Source: an uncultured Methanosarcinales archaeon (lineage in GTDB: Archaea > Nanobdellota > Nanobdellia > Woesearchaeales > ARS49). From it: DNA of 64,000 nt. The notes beneath the pieces were generated by a model. The model was given only the letters and a program-made list of their open reading frames with translations. It did not search any database and was not told where the DNA came from. Positions 46,316-55,980 of the stretch are shown piece by piece. A program made the translations under genes and the position numbers. Every line of letters begins with the position of its first letter. The stretch's first letter is position 1. The DNA lies in NCBI GenBank assembly GCA_964353335.1, contig CAYGVI010000003.1:130695-194694 (forward strand). Reading direction: 5' to 3'.

Positions 46316-47460
46316 CGAAACCTGTAAAGTATCAGCGGCACCTGCATTTCTATCTTGGTTGTTCCGCCGTGATGGCCGATTAAAGGCGTGTAAAAGTCAA
46401 GCATTGTCTTGTTTTTCTTGCAGAACACGATAAAATCACCCATTCTTTCGCGAACAAGCGGATTAACTTCGCCTTTTCCGAACAATCCGCTTTCAAGAGC
46501 TTTCTGAGATGACACAATATCGCAGTACTTTGCAAGATGTTTCCTGATATAATTCTGCACGAATTCCTGCTTTCCTTTCTTGCAGTGCAAATAATTGATT
46601 CTCGCTTCACCTGAAACTGCCTTTAGCGCTGAATACAGCTTGGGATATTTCTGATACCGTATGAGTTTTGCAGGATTTGTGGTGATTGAGCCATGGTCTG
46701 CGCTGACAATAAGCAACGCCTTTCGCGCGCGTGTAAGCCCAAGGCGCGCAAACTGGTTGTTCAAGTATGACAATAAAAGACCAGGTATTATTGCATTAGG
46801 CCCTTGTTCGTGGCAGGCAGTGTCATAATCAGGCAGGTAGCAGTACACATACGCCTTTCCTTTTTTCGAAATCAGCTTGTTCAGCTTCTTGAACATTTCA
46901 GGAATTGATTGGTATGGGACATATTTTGTCCGTGAATTCTGAATTGAGGAGAGCTTTGTTTTTTGCAGATTTGATGGCATAAGTATGATTGACCTGATTC
47001 CTGCCTTTTTCAATCGCTGATAAACAGTTGTGAATGGGTAAAGCTTGTGCAAATTTAGTTTTACAGGCTTGTGTGTCTTTATGCTTTCGAAGCCCAGCAT
47101 ATTGACTACTTTGTTTTGTTCCGGAATGTACTGCGTGTAACCAAGCACACCATGCTCAACAGGCAAAAGCCCTGTTGCAAAAGATAAAACGCTTGTTGCA
47201 GTGGTTGAGGGGAAAACCGCGCTGACTGGCTTGTTCTGCATCCATTTTCTCAAAAATGAGTGCTTTGGCAGGGTCTTGACCTGTTGGTATCCAAGCGCGT
47301 CAACAACAAAGAAAACAATCTTGTCTGCGCCTTTTGCAGCATCAAGAATCGGCTTCAGCGGCTTGTGTAATGGCTCAGCTCCAAAGTGCTGCAGAACTGA
47401 ATTTACAATGCTAACAGTGCTGTTATCATAATTTGGAGGATTGAACCCTTTAATCAGCAT
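46312..47460 (-). CDS. alkaline phosphatase superfamily protein (type I phosphodiesterase / nucleotide pyrophosphatase-like)
   Basis: VVDALGYQ metal/nucleophile region and SADHGS, GHHGG motifs. Start chosen at MLIKGF (47460) to avoid an 88-nt overlap with trmI. Confidence 0.6.
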   Translation of the reverse strand: MLIKGFNPPNYDNSTVSIVNSVLQHFGAEPLHKPLKPILDAAKGADKIVFFVVDALGYQQVKTLPKHSFLRKWMQNKPVSAVFPSTTATSVLSFATGLLPVEHGVLGYTQYIPEQNKVVNMLGFESIKTHKPVKLNLHKLYPFTTVYQRLKKAGIRSIILMPSNLQKTKLSSIQNSRTKYVPYQSIPEMFKKLNKLISKKGKAYVYCYLPDYDTACHEQGPNAIIPGLLLSYLNNQFARLGLTRARKALLIVSADHGSITTNPAKLIRYQKYPKLYSALKAVSGEARINYLHCKKGKQEFVQNYIRKHLAKYCDIVSSQKALESGLFGKGEVNPLVRERMGDFIVFCKKNKTMLDFYTPLIGHHGGTTKIEMQVPLILYRFR

Positions 47461-48239
47461 ATTTTCCTCGCGAAAACCAAAAATCCTGTGTGGCCGAATG
47501 GCGCTGTTGAGGGCCTGAGTATCTGCCCCTCTGCTTTCCACGTCCTTTCAATCAGTTCGCAGCTCTTGATGAACAAGAACCGCTTGTTTTTCATCAGCTC
47601 ATTTGTAAAATTGAGCATTTGCGTTGCCTGGATTGTGTAAGCAACAAGATAACCGCCGACTTTAAGCGCGTTTTCTGCTGTTTTTATCGCCTTTTGCGGC
47701 TCTGGAACGTCAAGAACCAATAAATCCGCGTTTTTCTCAGGGATTTTGTCGTAAATGCTTGCTTTTTTTATCAAAAGGTTCTTCAGTCCAAGGAATTTCT
47801 GGTTTTCTTTCGCCACTTCTATGTGCTTGTCAATGATTTCATAGCTCACAACTTTTTTGCACAGGTGCGCCAGATAGCAAGCCAATGCCCCTGAGCCTGT
47901 TCCTGAGTCAATTGCAAAGCTTTCCTTGTTCACTCCTGTTGCAGAAACAATCAAGCCCATGTCTTTTGCTGACATTGTCTGTGGCAGGCGCTTGATGTGC
48001 CTTAAGTCATCGCCAAAATCAGCGTCAATAATCGTGAATTCCTTTCCCATTGATGTTTTTACAGAGCTTCCTGGCTTTTTCTTCAGCTCTTTTGCTGTGA
48101 TGGCTCCGTATTTTGTGTGAAAGTCCCTGCCAGGCTCTGTTACGTAGAACATTGCCTCTTTTTCAACCCTGATTTCCCTGTCCAGTTCAGGGACAAACTG
48201 CCACTTTTCCTTCCTGAGCAGTATTTTCCGGCTTGCCAT
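47454..48239 (-). CDS. trmI: tRNA (adenine57/58-N1)-methyltransferase TrmI (Gcd14 family)
   Basis: N-terminal beta-domain plus SAM fold (AIDSGTGSGALACYLA ... LLVLDVPEP). Confidence 0.75.
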   Translation of the reverse strand: MASRKILLRKEKWQFVPELDREIRVEKEAMFYVTEPGRDFHTKYGAITAKELKKKPGSSVKTSMGKEFTIIDADFGDDLRHIKRLPQTMSAKDMGLIVSATGVNKESFAIDSGTGSGALACYLAHLCKKVVSYEIIDKHIEVAKENQKFLGLKNLLIKKASIYDKIPEKNADLLVLDVPEPQKAIKTAENALKVGGYLVAYTIQATQMLNFTNELMKNKRFLFIKSCELIERTWKAEGQILRPSTAPFGHTGFLVFARKIC

Positions 48240-48285
48240 AACCTGCTTTTGAGCAGTTTGGTTTAAATAGTTTGTCTAAATCCCC

Positions 48286-48984
48286 TTGTTTATGGAAAAA
48301 CATTCAAGGCTGAAGTTCCTGCTGTTCATACTGCTGATTGCAGCTGCGCTTTACCTTGTGAAGTTCTCCCCTTACTCTGGAAAATTCACTATTGACTCAA
48401 TAAGGGGTTTTGTTGACGTGTTTGGGTTTGCAGGCTGGATTGTTTTTATCGCGATTTACGGAATAGCTGCCGCCCTAATGGTTCCTGTAACCCTTATGAC
48501 TTTTATCGGCGCAGTGCTTTTCGGCCCAACAGAGGGGCTTTTCCTGAACATTGCAGGCTTTTCCCTCGGCGCCTCTTTGGCATTCTTTGTCGCCAGGCGG
48601 CTTGGCGGGGATTTTGTCAAGAGTATTTTCGGAAAACACAAAAAACTGCAGAAAATGGTTGAGCGCCATGGCTTCAGCGGGCTTTTTTTCCTGAGGATAT
48701 TCCCATTGGAGCCTTTTGGAATTGTTAATTATGTCTGCGGGCTGTCAAGCATAAAATTTGCTGATTATTTCCTTGCAACACTGCTTGGATTTGTGCCTGA
48801 AACATTTATCATGACTTATTTTTTCGCAAAGATAAGCGAGCACGCGCTTTCAGGCAGTCTTTTATCCGAGCTTATGACCCCTGAATTCCTTTTGCCTGCA
48901 GGGCTTATGCTGCTGTTCATACTTGCAACTCTTGGGTTCAGGTACAGGAAAAAGCTCAGCGCAGCTCTGCCTCTCCCCAGATGA
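48286..48984 (+). CDS. DedA/TVP38/SNARE-associated family membrane protein
   Basis: FIGAVLFGPTEGLFLNIAGFSLGASLAFFVARRLG signature. Confidence 0.8.
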   Translation: MFMEKHSRLKFLLFILLIAAALYLVKFSPYSGKFTIDSIRGFVDVFGFAGWIVFIAIYGIAAALMVPVTLMTFIGAVLFGPTEGLFLNIAGFSLGASLAFFVARRLGGDFVKSIFGKHKKLQKMVERHGFSGLFFLRIFPLEPFGIVNYVCGLSSIKFADYFLATLLGFVPETFIMTYFFAKISEHALSGSLLSELMTPEFLLPAGLMLLFILATLGFRYRKKLSAALPLPR

Positions 48985-49519
48985 CATTGTATTTCTTGTT
49001 GTAAATCGAGACCTTTGTGTACTTTCTCAGGTCAGTGTTGGCAGGCAGTGTGTAAGAGTAGCTTCCTGTGTTTGACGTGAGCCCGCTTACAGCCAAGCCT
49101 GTTGCCGGGTCTCCTGAGTTAAGCACAATAGTGAGCCCTGGTCCTGCGTCTGTGAAGAATCCAAGCAGGTTTAGCGCAAGCCCTCCGCCTGGAATCCTTG
49201 CAATCTGGGCGCGGCCGTGTGTGTTGTGGACAACATCGCGGAAGTCACCCTGCTTAAGTATGACAGTGTCCTGCGCTGTTGTCGGTCCTGCAGAGCCGCT
49301 TGTCGGCGCTGAGACTTCTGCAGCCACTTCATAAGCTGACTGCACCGGCCCTGTTGGCGCTGGCGGAACAGGCCCTGGGGCAACCTCAACAGCAGAAGGC
49401 GGCGTTGGTTCTGGAGGCGGGTTTGTTGCTGCATTCGGCCTCGGAGCAACTGGCTGTGCCGCTGGCTGGCACCCTATCAAAAACAGAACCAAAATCAATA
49501 ATGCAATTATTTGTTTCAT
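48956..49519 (-). CDS. secreted DM13-domain protein with lipobox-like signal peptide and Pro-rich linker
   Basis: MKQIIALLILVLFLIGC (L-I-G-C lipobox-like), Pro-rich linker, then a C-terminal DM13-like domain (GDFRDVVHNTHGRAQI..LALNLLGFFTDAGPGLTIVL). Confidence 0.55.
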   Translation of the reverse strand: MKQIIALLILVLFLIGCQPAAQPVAPRPNAATNPPPEPTPPSAVEVAPGPVPPAPTGPVQSAYEVAAEVSAPTSGSAGPTTAQDTVILKQGDFRDVVHNTHGRAQIARIPGGGLALNLLGFFTDAGPGLTIVLNSGDPATGLAVSGLTSNTGSYSYTLPANTDLRKYTKVSIYNKKYNVIWGEAELR

Positions 49520-49538
49520 ATTACGCCTCCCTTGAATA

Positions 49539-49612
49539 AGCCGCGGGAGGGATTTGAACCCTCACGTGATCGCTCTGCAGGCGATTGCCTTGCCGGATTT
49601 GGCTACCGCGGC
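49539..49612 (-). tRNA. tRNA-Cys(GCA)
   Basis: Canonical cloverleaf, anticodon loop CTGCAGA, TTCAAAT T-loop, discriminator U73. Confidence 0.85.
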
Positions 49613-49711
49613 GGACAATACTGTGTTGCTGTGACGTCTTTAAAAAAGTATCTCACAAAGCAGTGTTTTCCCTGAAACATTTATAAAGCCTCTAAAACCA
49701 GTATGTTTCAT

Positions 49712-49786
49712 GGGCCTGTAGCTCAGCCTGGAAAGAGCGCCTGCCTTCTAAGCAGAGGGTCGCGGGTTCAAATCCTGCCAGGCCCG
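49712..49786 (+). tRNA. tRNA-Arg(UCU)
   Basis: Canonical cloverleaf, G18G19, anticodon loop CTTCTAA, TTCAAAT T-loop; TATA ATTTATAAA 27 nt upstream. Confidence 0.8.
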
Positions 49787-50094
49787 TTATTTCTAGTAGG
49801 AATAAATTTCTTGCCCAAAGCCCAAATAATGCAAATAAGCAAGTACTGGTATGCTAAAATAATTACGAATGAAAGAGTAAGAAAATTAAATGGCAAAATT
49901 ATAGAGAACAAAATAAAAACCAATTCATGAAGTAAATAACCAAGAAAGACCGCTAACAAGTATAAAGAAATGGGCATTGGGCTTCCTTCTATAGCGCCAT
50001 GATATGTTTGTAATTTGTTGAAGATAAAATAGTACAAAACAAACATACAAATAAGCAGTATAATTTTAGTCTTGTTGGGTTTTAAAAATTCCAC
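49768..50094 (-). CDS. hypothetical small membrane protein in AT-rich islet (doubtful)
   Basis: 108 aa, 3 TM, about 33% GC. Its 3' end overlaps tRNA-Arg on the opposite strand. Confidence 0.25.
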   Translation of the reverse strand: MEFLKPNKTKIILLICMFVLYYFIFNKLQTYHGAIEGSPMPISLYLLAVFLGYLLHELVFILFSIILPFNFLTLSFVIILAYQYLLICIIWALGKKFIPTRNNGPGRI

Positions 50095-50151
50095 GATGAA
50101 ATGACACGAATACGCATATATTAAACTTTCCGAAACAAATGATTTAAAAAA

Positions 50152-51228
50152 TTATTCAATCCAGTCCTTATTCCTTATCTTCTCAGGCAGGTATGTGTCA
50201 GAAATAAAGGTTATTCCGCGTGCGCTCAATGCCTGGATTTCTGCTTTTGAGCCGAATGCTTTCATCATTTTGAATTCGCGTTGCCAGACTTTGTGGTTTT
50301 TGAACCAGTCATACTCGGAAATCTGCTTCAAACGTGCGAGGTCGCGGTCATTGAGCTTGATAAAGTTCTTTTTGAGCCCGTATTTCTCTATGTCATCAGA
50401 GGTAATGCCGAGGTATTTGACATTTGGAATAGCCAAAACTTCTGACATGTGCGCCAAGCTGATTGAACCGTACTTGATGACTGAGTAAATGTAGTGGCCC
50501 CAGGAGTCATAGTCTGTCAGGATGTAAATCGGCAGTTTGTGCTCGTTGCTCAAACGCTGCAAAAGCCTTCGAATTCCCCTTGTTGTCTGCCCCTGCGAGC
50601 TCATTATGATGCATTTTTGCTTGTCCCAGAACCTGTCTTCGTGCAAACGCTCCCACACGGCTGCTTTTTCCATGTAAAGGACGTATTTTGCCTCGACTTT
50701 CTTGAATGTAATCTCTTCAACGTTTGATGGGATTGACCATCCGCCAGAACCGAGCTTGCTCCAGTCAATTGTGTCGCCCTTGTCCTCGATAACAACATGT
50801 CCTGCGACAGAGCCGTTCTTGTTCGCGTTCATGTTCAACTGCTCTCTTGAGCTGCCTGTGACTAATTCTAAATCCTCAATCGCAGTGTCTGACTCGCTTT
50901 GCTCATCAACAAGATTGGTATTGGTGCCCGGCAAAGTCCTTTTTGCCATGTAGAAAACGTCCCTGAGTGAAGCGTGCTTGCTCAAGTCAAGCAATTGTTT
51001 TGAAATCTTTGCGACTTCCATTGTCTGCACGAACTTTTTGACGTGTCCGACATTGAAGAACAGCCTTTCTGCTGTCTTGTTTCCCAATTCAAGAGTCCTT
51101 GTCTTCTCGTTATAGACGACGTTGCTGAGAGCCCTTACAGGAATGTCAATCCTTGGCTGTTTTCCTTTCTTGATTGCCTCGACAAGCCCTTTTCCCATGT
51201 CCTGAAGCTTTTTCTTGGCTTCGCTCAT
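50152..51228 (-). CDS. top6A: DNA topoisomerase VI subunit A (Spo11-like)
   Basis: Toprim DxD (ILTDYDSWG) and Spo11 winged-helix region; 358 aa. Confidence 0.9.
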   Translation of the reverse strand: MSEAKKKLQDMGKGLVEAIKKGKQPRIDIPVRALSNVVYNEKTRTLELGNKTAERLFFNVGHVKKFVQTMEVAKISKQLLDLSKHASLRDVFYMAKRTLPGTNTNLVDEQSESDTAIEDLELVTGSSREQLNMNANKNGSVAGHVVIEDKGDTIDWSKLGSGGWSIPSNVEEITFKKVEAKYVLYMEKAAVWERLHEDRFWDKQKCIIMSSQGQTTRGIRRLLQRLSNEHKLPIYILTDYDSWGHYIYSVIKYGSISLAHMSEVLAIPNVKYLGITSDDIEKYGLKKNFIKLNDRDLARLKQISEYDWFKNHKVWQREFKMMKAFGSKAEIQALSARGITFISDTYLPEKIRNKDWIE

Positions 51229-52865
51229 TCGTCATCACTCTCTGCAGAGCCTGTGAGCTTGATTTTGTCTTCTGCGTCGTCTTTCTTTGATTCAGCAACA
51301 ATCGCAGTGTTTGTCTGGATGTATTCCTTGTTCTTTGCGAGCATTGAGTTCAGCTGGGACTCAATTGCTTTCTTGTTCTCGCCGGAAAGAAAAGAAAGTG
51401 AATCAGCAACTTCAGGAATATACCTTTCGAAAATATTGACACGCTCCCTTTCCAAGCCGACACGCTTCTTTTTGTTAACGTATGCGCCAAGCCTTCGTCC
51501 TGCTTCCTGAAGTGCGAGCTTGATTTCCTTGATGATTTCAGGATAGTGGGCAATGGCTTCTTTTGCTTCTGAAGTGAATGGCGGCCATACTGACGCCAAA
51601 TGAACAACAACTGTCAATGGTCCTACTGGCGCCGAGCTTCCGCTCTGCTGCATTCCGTAAGGCTTCCAGTTTGTCTGCAGAATGCTCTTGAATGCCGAGC
51701 AAGCGCTTTGCTGGTAGAGCAATGGCACCCTGTTTGCGAACCTCAAAACCCTTGCGATTTGGTCTTTAGGCTGCTGTCCTCCATAAGCAAGGGCAACTTC
51801 AATTACAAATGGGATTCCGCGGTAAATTTCCGGCGGCCTTGTAACAGCAGTGTAAAACTCTGCTGCAACTTCCTTTCTCAATCCTTTTTCAAGCAGTTCT
51901 TCCCCTATTGGCACTATGCAGTCTGTTGGTGGAGAGATGATTTTTGTCTTCTTTATTCCCTCCATTAATTTCTCAACATGCCCGAGTTCGAGCTCGCGCG
52001 GCTTCATGTCTGTCTGCAGGCCTGCATTTGAGCAGATTTCCTTTGCTGTCTGCGAGCCGACTCTTGAGAACTCGTTCATAAGGAATGACTGCAATGTCCT
52101 TGAGTCAGTCGCCCTTATCATCTTGAGCATTATTCCAAGCTCAACTCCATACGGGTGGGGCTTGATTTCCTGCGGTTCTTTTGGCAATTTGTCTGATGCC
52201 CTTGGGAAAATCACCTGTTCTGCCTTTGGATTGGTGTAAACTATCGTTGCGTGCGGGTTGACAATTGCTGTTTCCTTGAGATAGCTGTCAACGCTTTGGT
52301 CCCCTTTCTGATAGCTTGCCTCAATGTCAAGCTCAACTTTTGTTCCGCGCTCTTTTTTCCACTGCACTTCCTCGTCCTTGACTATGTGCGGCTCGTTTGT
52401 CTTGGTGTCAAGGTGCAGTTCCATGTAATGCGCAGGGTGGTTTGGGTCAATTCTTGTTGTGATTCTCGCAGGCCTTCCTGTGGTCAATTGCGCGTACAGC
52501 ACAGCAGCAGAAATTCCAATTCCCTGCTGTCCTCGCGCCTGCTTTAATGAGTGGAATTTTGAGCCGTAAAGAAGTTTTGCAAAAATATTTCCTATCTGCT
52601 TTCTGACAATTCCTGGCCCGTTGTCCTCGACAATAATCCTGAAGCGCTCATTGCCCATTTCAACTATCTGGATATTGATTTCTGGCAGGATTCTTGCTTC
52701 CTCGCATGCGTCAAGCGAGTTGTCAACAGCCTCTTTAACAACAGTCAGCAGTGCTTTTCTCTTGTTGTCAAAGCCAAGCAGGTGCCTGTTTCTCTCGAAG
52801 AATTCCGCAACTGAAACTGCCTTTTGTTTCTCAGCCAGTTTTTCCGCGATAGGTCTGTCAGCCAT
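51225..52865 (-). CDS. top6B: DNA topoisomerase VI subunit B (GHKL ATPase)
   Basis: Bergerat fold motifs (VKEAVDNSLDA; GLHGVG-like), transducer domain; overlaps top6A by 4 nt. Confidence 0.9.
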   Translation of the reverse strand: MADRPIAEKLAEKQKAVSVAEFFERNRHLLGFDNKRKALLTVVKEAVDNSLDACEEARILPEINIQIVEMGNERFRIIVEDNGPGIVRKQIGNIFAKLLYGSKFHSLKQARGQQGIGISAAVLYAQLTTGRPARITTRIDPNHPAHYMELHLDTKTNEPHIVKDEEVQWKKERGTKVELDIEASYQKGDQSVDSYLKETAIVNPHATIVYTNPKAEQVIFPRASDKLPKEPQEIKPHPYGVELGIMLKMIRATDSRTLQSFLMNEFSRVGSQTAKEICSNAGLQTDMKPRELELGHVEKLMEGIKKTKIISPPTDCIVPIGEELLEKGLRKEVAAEFYTAVTRPPEIYRGIPFVIEVALAYGGQQPKDQIARVLRFANRVPLLYQQSACSAFKSILQTNWKPYGMQQSGSSAPVGPLTVVVHLASVWPPFTSEAKEAIAHYPEIIKEIKLALQEAGRRLGAYVNKKKRVGLERERVNIFERYIPEVADSLSFLSGENKKAIESQLNSMLAKNKEYIQTNTAIVAESKKDDAEDKIKLTGSAESDDE

Positions 52866-52868
52866 TTA

Positions 52869-53432
52869 TTATTCACCTGAAGTCTCTGCCATCCTCATAT
52901 GTTTTCTATTCCTTTCGAGGAACTTGTACACTGTCCCGTGTTTTCTGCCTGCAAGCAATGCCTCGACTGCTTTTCTTGCAGCAGGTATGCCTTCAAGCCT
53001 TCCTATGATGCCTATTGTCTTTCCGTAAACGCTGATATTGGTGAATGTGAGGTCTTCTATTGTCCTTCTTGACTTTCCGCCCTCGCCTATTACTCTTCCG
53101 CGGAGCCTTTCAAGCATTTTTGGCGTGGCTGCGTAGTCAGTGAGGCTGATGAATTCAATCCCATAGTCCTGCTTTAGGAGCTGCATTGCGATATCAGGAT
53201 TAAATCCCCTTCCTATTGCCCTGACTATTTCGCGGCAGCTGTACAGCAATAAAGCGTCCTTGCCTCTTATGTTCACGTCACCCTCTTCCGAATCGATTTT
53301 TATCTTTGTCTTTGTGACGTGTTCCAGCTGACGCTTCAGCTCGCCTTTCTTTCCTATGAGCACGGCGACCCTTTCACGGGGTATTTTCAGCTCATAAGCA
53401 AATATATCAACTTCATCGGAGGTCATAATCAT
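52869..53432 (-). CDS. KH-domain RNA-binding protein (Dim2/Pno1-like, two KH domains)
   Basis: Two KH GxxG loops (IGKKGE; IGRLEG). Confidence 0.8.
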   Translation of the reverse strand: MIMTSDEVDIFAYELKIPRERVAVLIGKKGELKRQLEHVTKTKIKIDSEEGDVNIRGKDALLLYSCREIVRAIGRGFNPDIAMQLLKQDYGIEFISLTDYAATPKMLERLRGRVIGEGGKSRRTIEDLTFTNISVYGKTIGIIGRLEGIPAARKAVEALLAGRKHGTVYKFLERNRKHMRMAETSGE

Positions 53433-53462
53433 CAGGTGATTTGTTGGGAACGCAACTTGCTT

Positions 53463-54194
53463 TTAAATGTTGCGAATTGACTTTTTGCCAGTTATTTGCT
53501 GCCTGACTTTTTCATCGTCGATATCCAGCCCCAGTTTCCTGAAAAATGTGCAGATGTTTTTTATGTCGCGGTCAAGGTAGTCCTCTGCATTGTGGTTTTC
53601 AAGTGTTGTTGCCTGGCTCATGTCGATAAATACAGGCTCTTCGTTGTAATTCAGGATGTTGAACTGGCTCAAATCAGTATGAACTAAACCTGCTTTGTGC
53701 AATTTCTGCATTCCAATAATGATTTTTTCAAAGAACTCCTTGGGATTTTTAGGAATTAAGTCTTTTACGCGCGGTGCAGCTTCGCCTTCATCTCCGATAA
53801 ATTCCATTACAAGCACATTGTTCAAAACCGCCCTTGCCATCGGCACCCTTACTCCTGCCTCGCGGGCCTTTAACAAATTCCTGTACTCGCGCTTTGCCCA
53901 CAGTATCACTACTTTCCTTCTGTTCCTGTCAAGGCTTGGAAATCGCGGGTCTGCCCTTAAGTACTCAAACAGCTTGTTGAAGTCAACGACATTTATGCGG
54001 TAAATCTTGGCCATCACCCTCTCGCCCTGTGCCATTGCAGAGAAAACATTAGCCTCTTTCCCAATACTAATAGGGCTCTCCAATCCATCCAAGTGCCCCT
54101 TGGAAATCAGCTTAAGAATCGTCACATTAGTAAAATTGTCAAATACGTCTTTGAATGTCTTCTTTATGTCTTCAGGATGACGGATTCGTACCAT
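53463..54194 (-). CDS. rio1: RIO-type serine/threonine protein kinase
   Basis: LVHTDLSQFNIL catalytic loop, IDMSQA metal-binding loop; lacks the N-terminal wHTH, so closer to Rio1 than Rio2. Confidence 0.8.
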   Translation of the reverse strand: MVRIRHPEDIKKTFKDVFDNFTNVTILKLISKGHLDGLESPISIGKEANVFSAMAQGERVMAKIYRINVVDFNKLFEYLRADPRFPSLDRNRRKVVILWAKREYRNLLKAREAGVRVPMARAVLNNVLVMEFIGDEGEAAPRVKDLIPKNPKEFFEKIIIGMQKLHKAGLVHTDLSQFNILNYNEEPVFIDMSQATTLENHNAEDYLDRDIKNICTFFRKLGLDIDDEKVRQQITGKKSIRNI

Positions 54195-54593
54195 ACAGCA
54201 TCAAAGAATTGCCTTCTTTTTATACCTATCCCAATATCATTTATAAACCAAATACGAACCTTTAAATAGACCTGTAACATATAGTTTACACAAGTTAAAA
54301 GGTCGTTATCACGGCCCGTTGCCGAGAGAACCCTGTGGAGCTGACGGAAAACCAAGCAATGAGCTCAGGGGGTTAGCGGCGTGGCTACAGGCCTTTTAAC
54401 CAAGTCAAGATAACCATACAGAGACAGAAAAGAACCAATCATAATCATTTGTTCACTTTCCTTCGATTTGAAGGAAGAAATAAGCCGGAAACCAACAAAA
54501 GAAGTCCCAAAGGATGCTTTTAGTCTTTCCTGGCTGAACTGGTTCTTTTTAGTCTCTTTATAACACAATGGGGATCAATTTGGAGGGTTTAAA

Positions 54594-55895
54594 ATGGGAA
54601 AAATCAGTCCTGTTTCATCTAAGTATATTGTCAACGCAAACATTGAAATCGAGGGTGTTGTCGACAGGCCGGACGTCATCGGCGCAATCTTCGGCCAGAC
54701 AGAAGGCCTCTTAGGCGCAGACCTGGAACTCAGGGAGCTTCAGCGTTCTGGAAGAATAGGCCGTATTGAAGTCAACACAGAAACTCGAGGCGGAAAGACG
54801 CAGGGAAGCATAGTCGTACCGTCTTCTTTGGACAAGGCAGAAACAGCTATTGTGGCTGCTGCTTTGGAAATCATACAAAGAATAGGGCCTTGCAACGCCA
54901 AGTTAAAGGTCATAAACATTGAGGACGTCAGGATTAGCAAGAGGAACTTTGTTGTTGAGCGTGCAAAAGAGCTGCTCAGGACAATGGTTGACTCTGTAAT
55001 GCCTGACTCCCAAGAGCTCGCAGAGGAAGTCGCGCACTCTGTCCGTGTGATGGAAATCACAGAATACGGAAGAGACCGCTGCCCTGCAGGCCCGGGAATT
55101 GATGACTGCGACGAGGTAATCGTCGTTGAGGGCCGCGCTGACGTTCTGAACCTGTTGAAAAACGGAATCAAGAACGTAATAGCCATGAACGGCACCCAGG
55201 TTCCGCAGACTATCTGCGACCTCAGCAGGAAAAAGGACATGGTTGTCTTCCTTGACGGAGACCGCGGTGGAAACCTTATCCTCAAGGAGCTTGTGAACAT
55301 AGCAGAGATTGACTTTGTTGCGAGAGCGCCTGACGGAAAAGAAGTCGAGGAGCTCGCAAAGAAGGAAATCCACAAGGCACTGAGAAGCAGAATCACGATT
55401 GAGCAGGCAAAGCTTGAATTGGCAGCGAACGACACTTCGCAGTCAATCAGGCGCCCGTTGATGCGCGAGACAACCAACCGCATCCAGCCGGCTCCTGTCA
55501 GGGTAATGCCCCAGCCAAGGCTTCAGCCATTGGTAAGGACTGTCTCTGCAGAGCCAGAGATTCGCAGGCCAGCGCCAATCGCTGCACCTATAACACAGGG
55601 CAAGCTTAATCCTGAGGAAAAAAAGCGCTTTGGAAGCATGCTTGAGAACCTTATCGGCACACGCGGGGCATATCTTCTTGACAACAAGATGAATGTCCTT
55701 GGAAAAGTGCCTTTCACAGAGCTTTCAAGCACTCTGAAGAGCCTCAACTCAGGCGTCTATGCTGTTGTCTTTGACGGCGCTGCTGACAAGGAAATCACAG
55801 ACGTTGCCGAAAAGGCAGGCGTCAGGCACGTTGTCGCAATGGACAGCAGGGTTAAGGATGCCACAGTGAACGTCGTTACAGCAGCAGAGCTGTAA
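54594..55895 (+). CDS. dnaG: archaeal DnaG primase-like protein (Toprim; exosome-associated)
   Basis: N-terminal VVDRPDVIGAIFGQTEGLLG signature of archaeal DnaG; Toprim VIVVEGRADV...FLDGDRGG. Confidence 0.85.
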   Translation: MGKISPVSSKYIVNANIEIEGVVDRPDVIGAIFGQTEGLLGADLELRELQRSGRIGRIEVNTETRGGKTQGSIVVPSSLDKAETAIVAAALEIIQRIGPCNAKLKVINIEDVRISKRNFVVERAKELLRTMVDSVMPDSQELAEEVAHSVRVMEITEYGRDRCPAGPGIDDCDEVIVVEGRADVLNLLKNGIKNVIAMNGTQVPQTICDLSRKKDMVVFLDGDRGGNLILKELVNIAEIDFVARAPDGKEVEELAKKEIHKALRSRITIEQAKLELAANDTSQSIRRPLMRETTNRIQPAPVRVMPQPRLQPLVRTVSAEPEIRRPAPIAAPITQGKLNPEEKKRFGSMLENLIGTRGAYLLDNKMNVLGKVPFTELSSTLKSLNSGVYAVVFDGAADKEITDVAEKAGVRHVVAMDSRVKDATVNVVTAAEL

Positions 55896-55940
55896 GCGTT
55901 TTTTATTATTTTTTTATTTTTATTTAGCTGTCTATCTTGT
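55896..55940 (+). terminator. oligo-T terminator region after dnaG
   Basis: Several T5-T7 runs (gcgttttttattatttttttatttttattt). Confidence 0.4.
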
Positions 55941-55980
55941 AAATACATACATTTTTATTCTTGTTTGTTCCTCGCACAGT

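Noticed and set aside
49703-49930. 75-aa plus-strand ORF
   Set aside because: It starts inside tRNA-Arg and runs into the AT-rich spacer; no coding signal.
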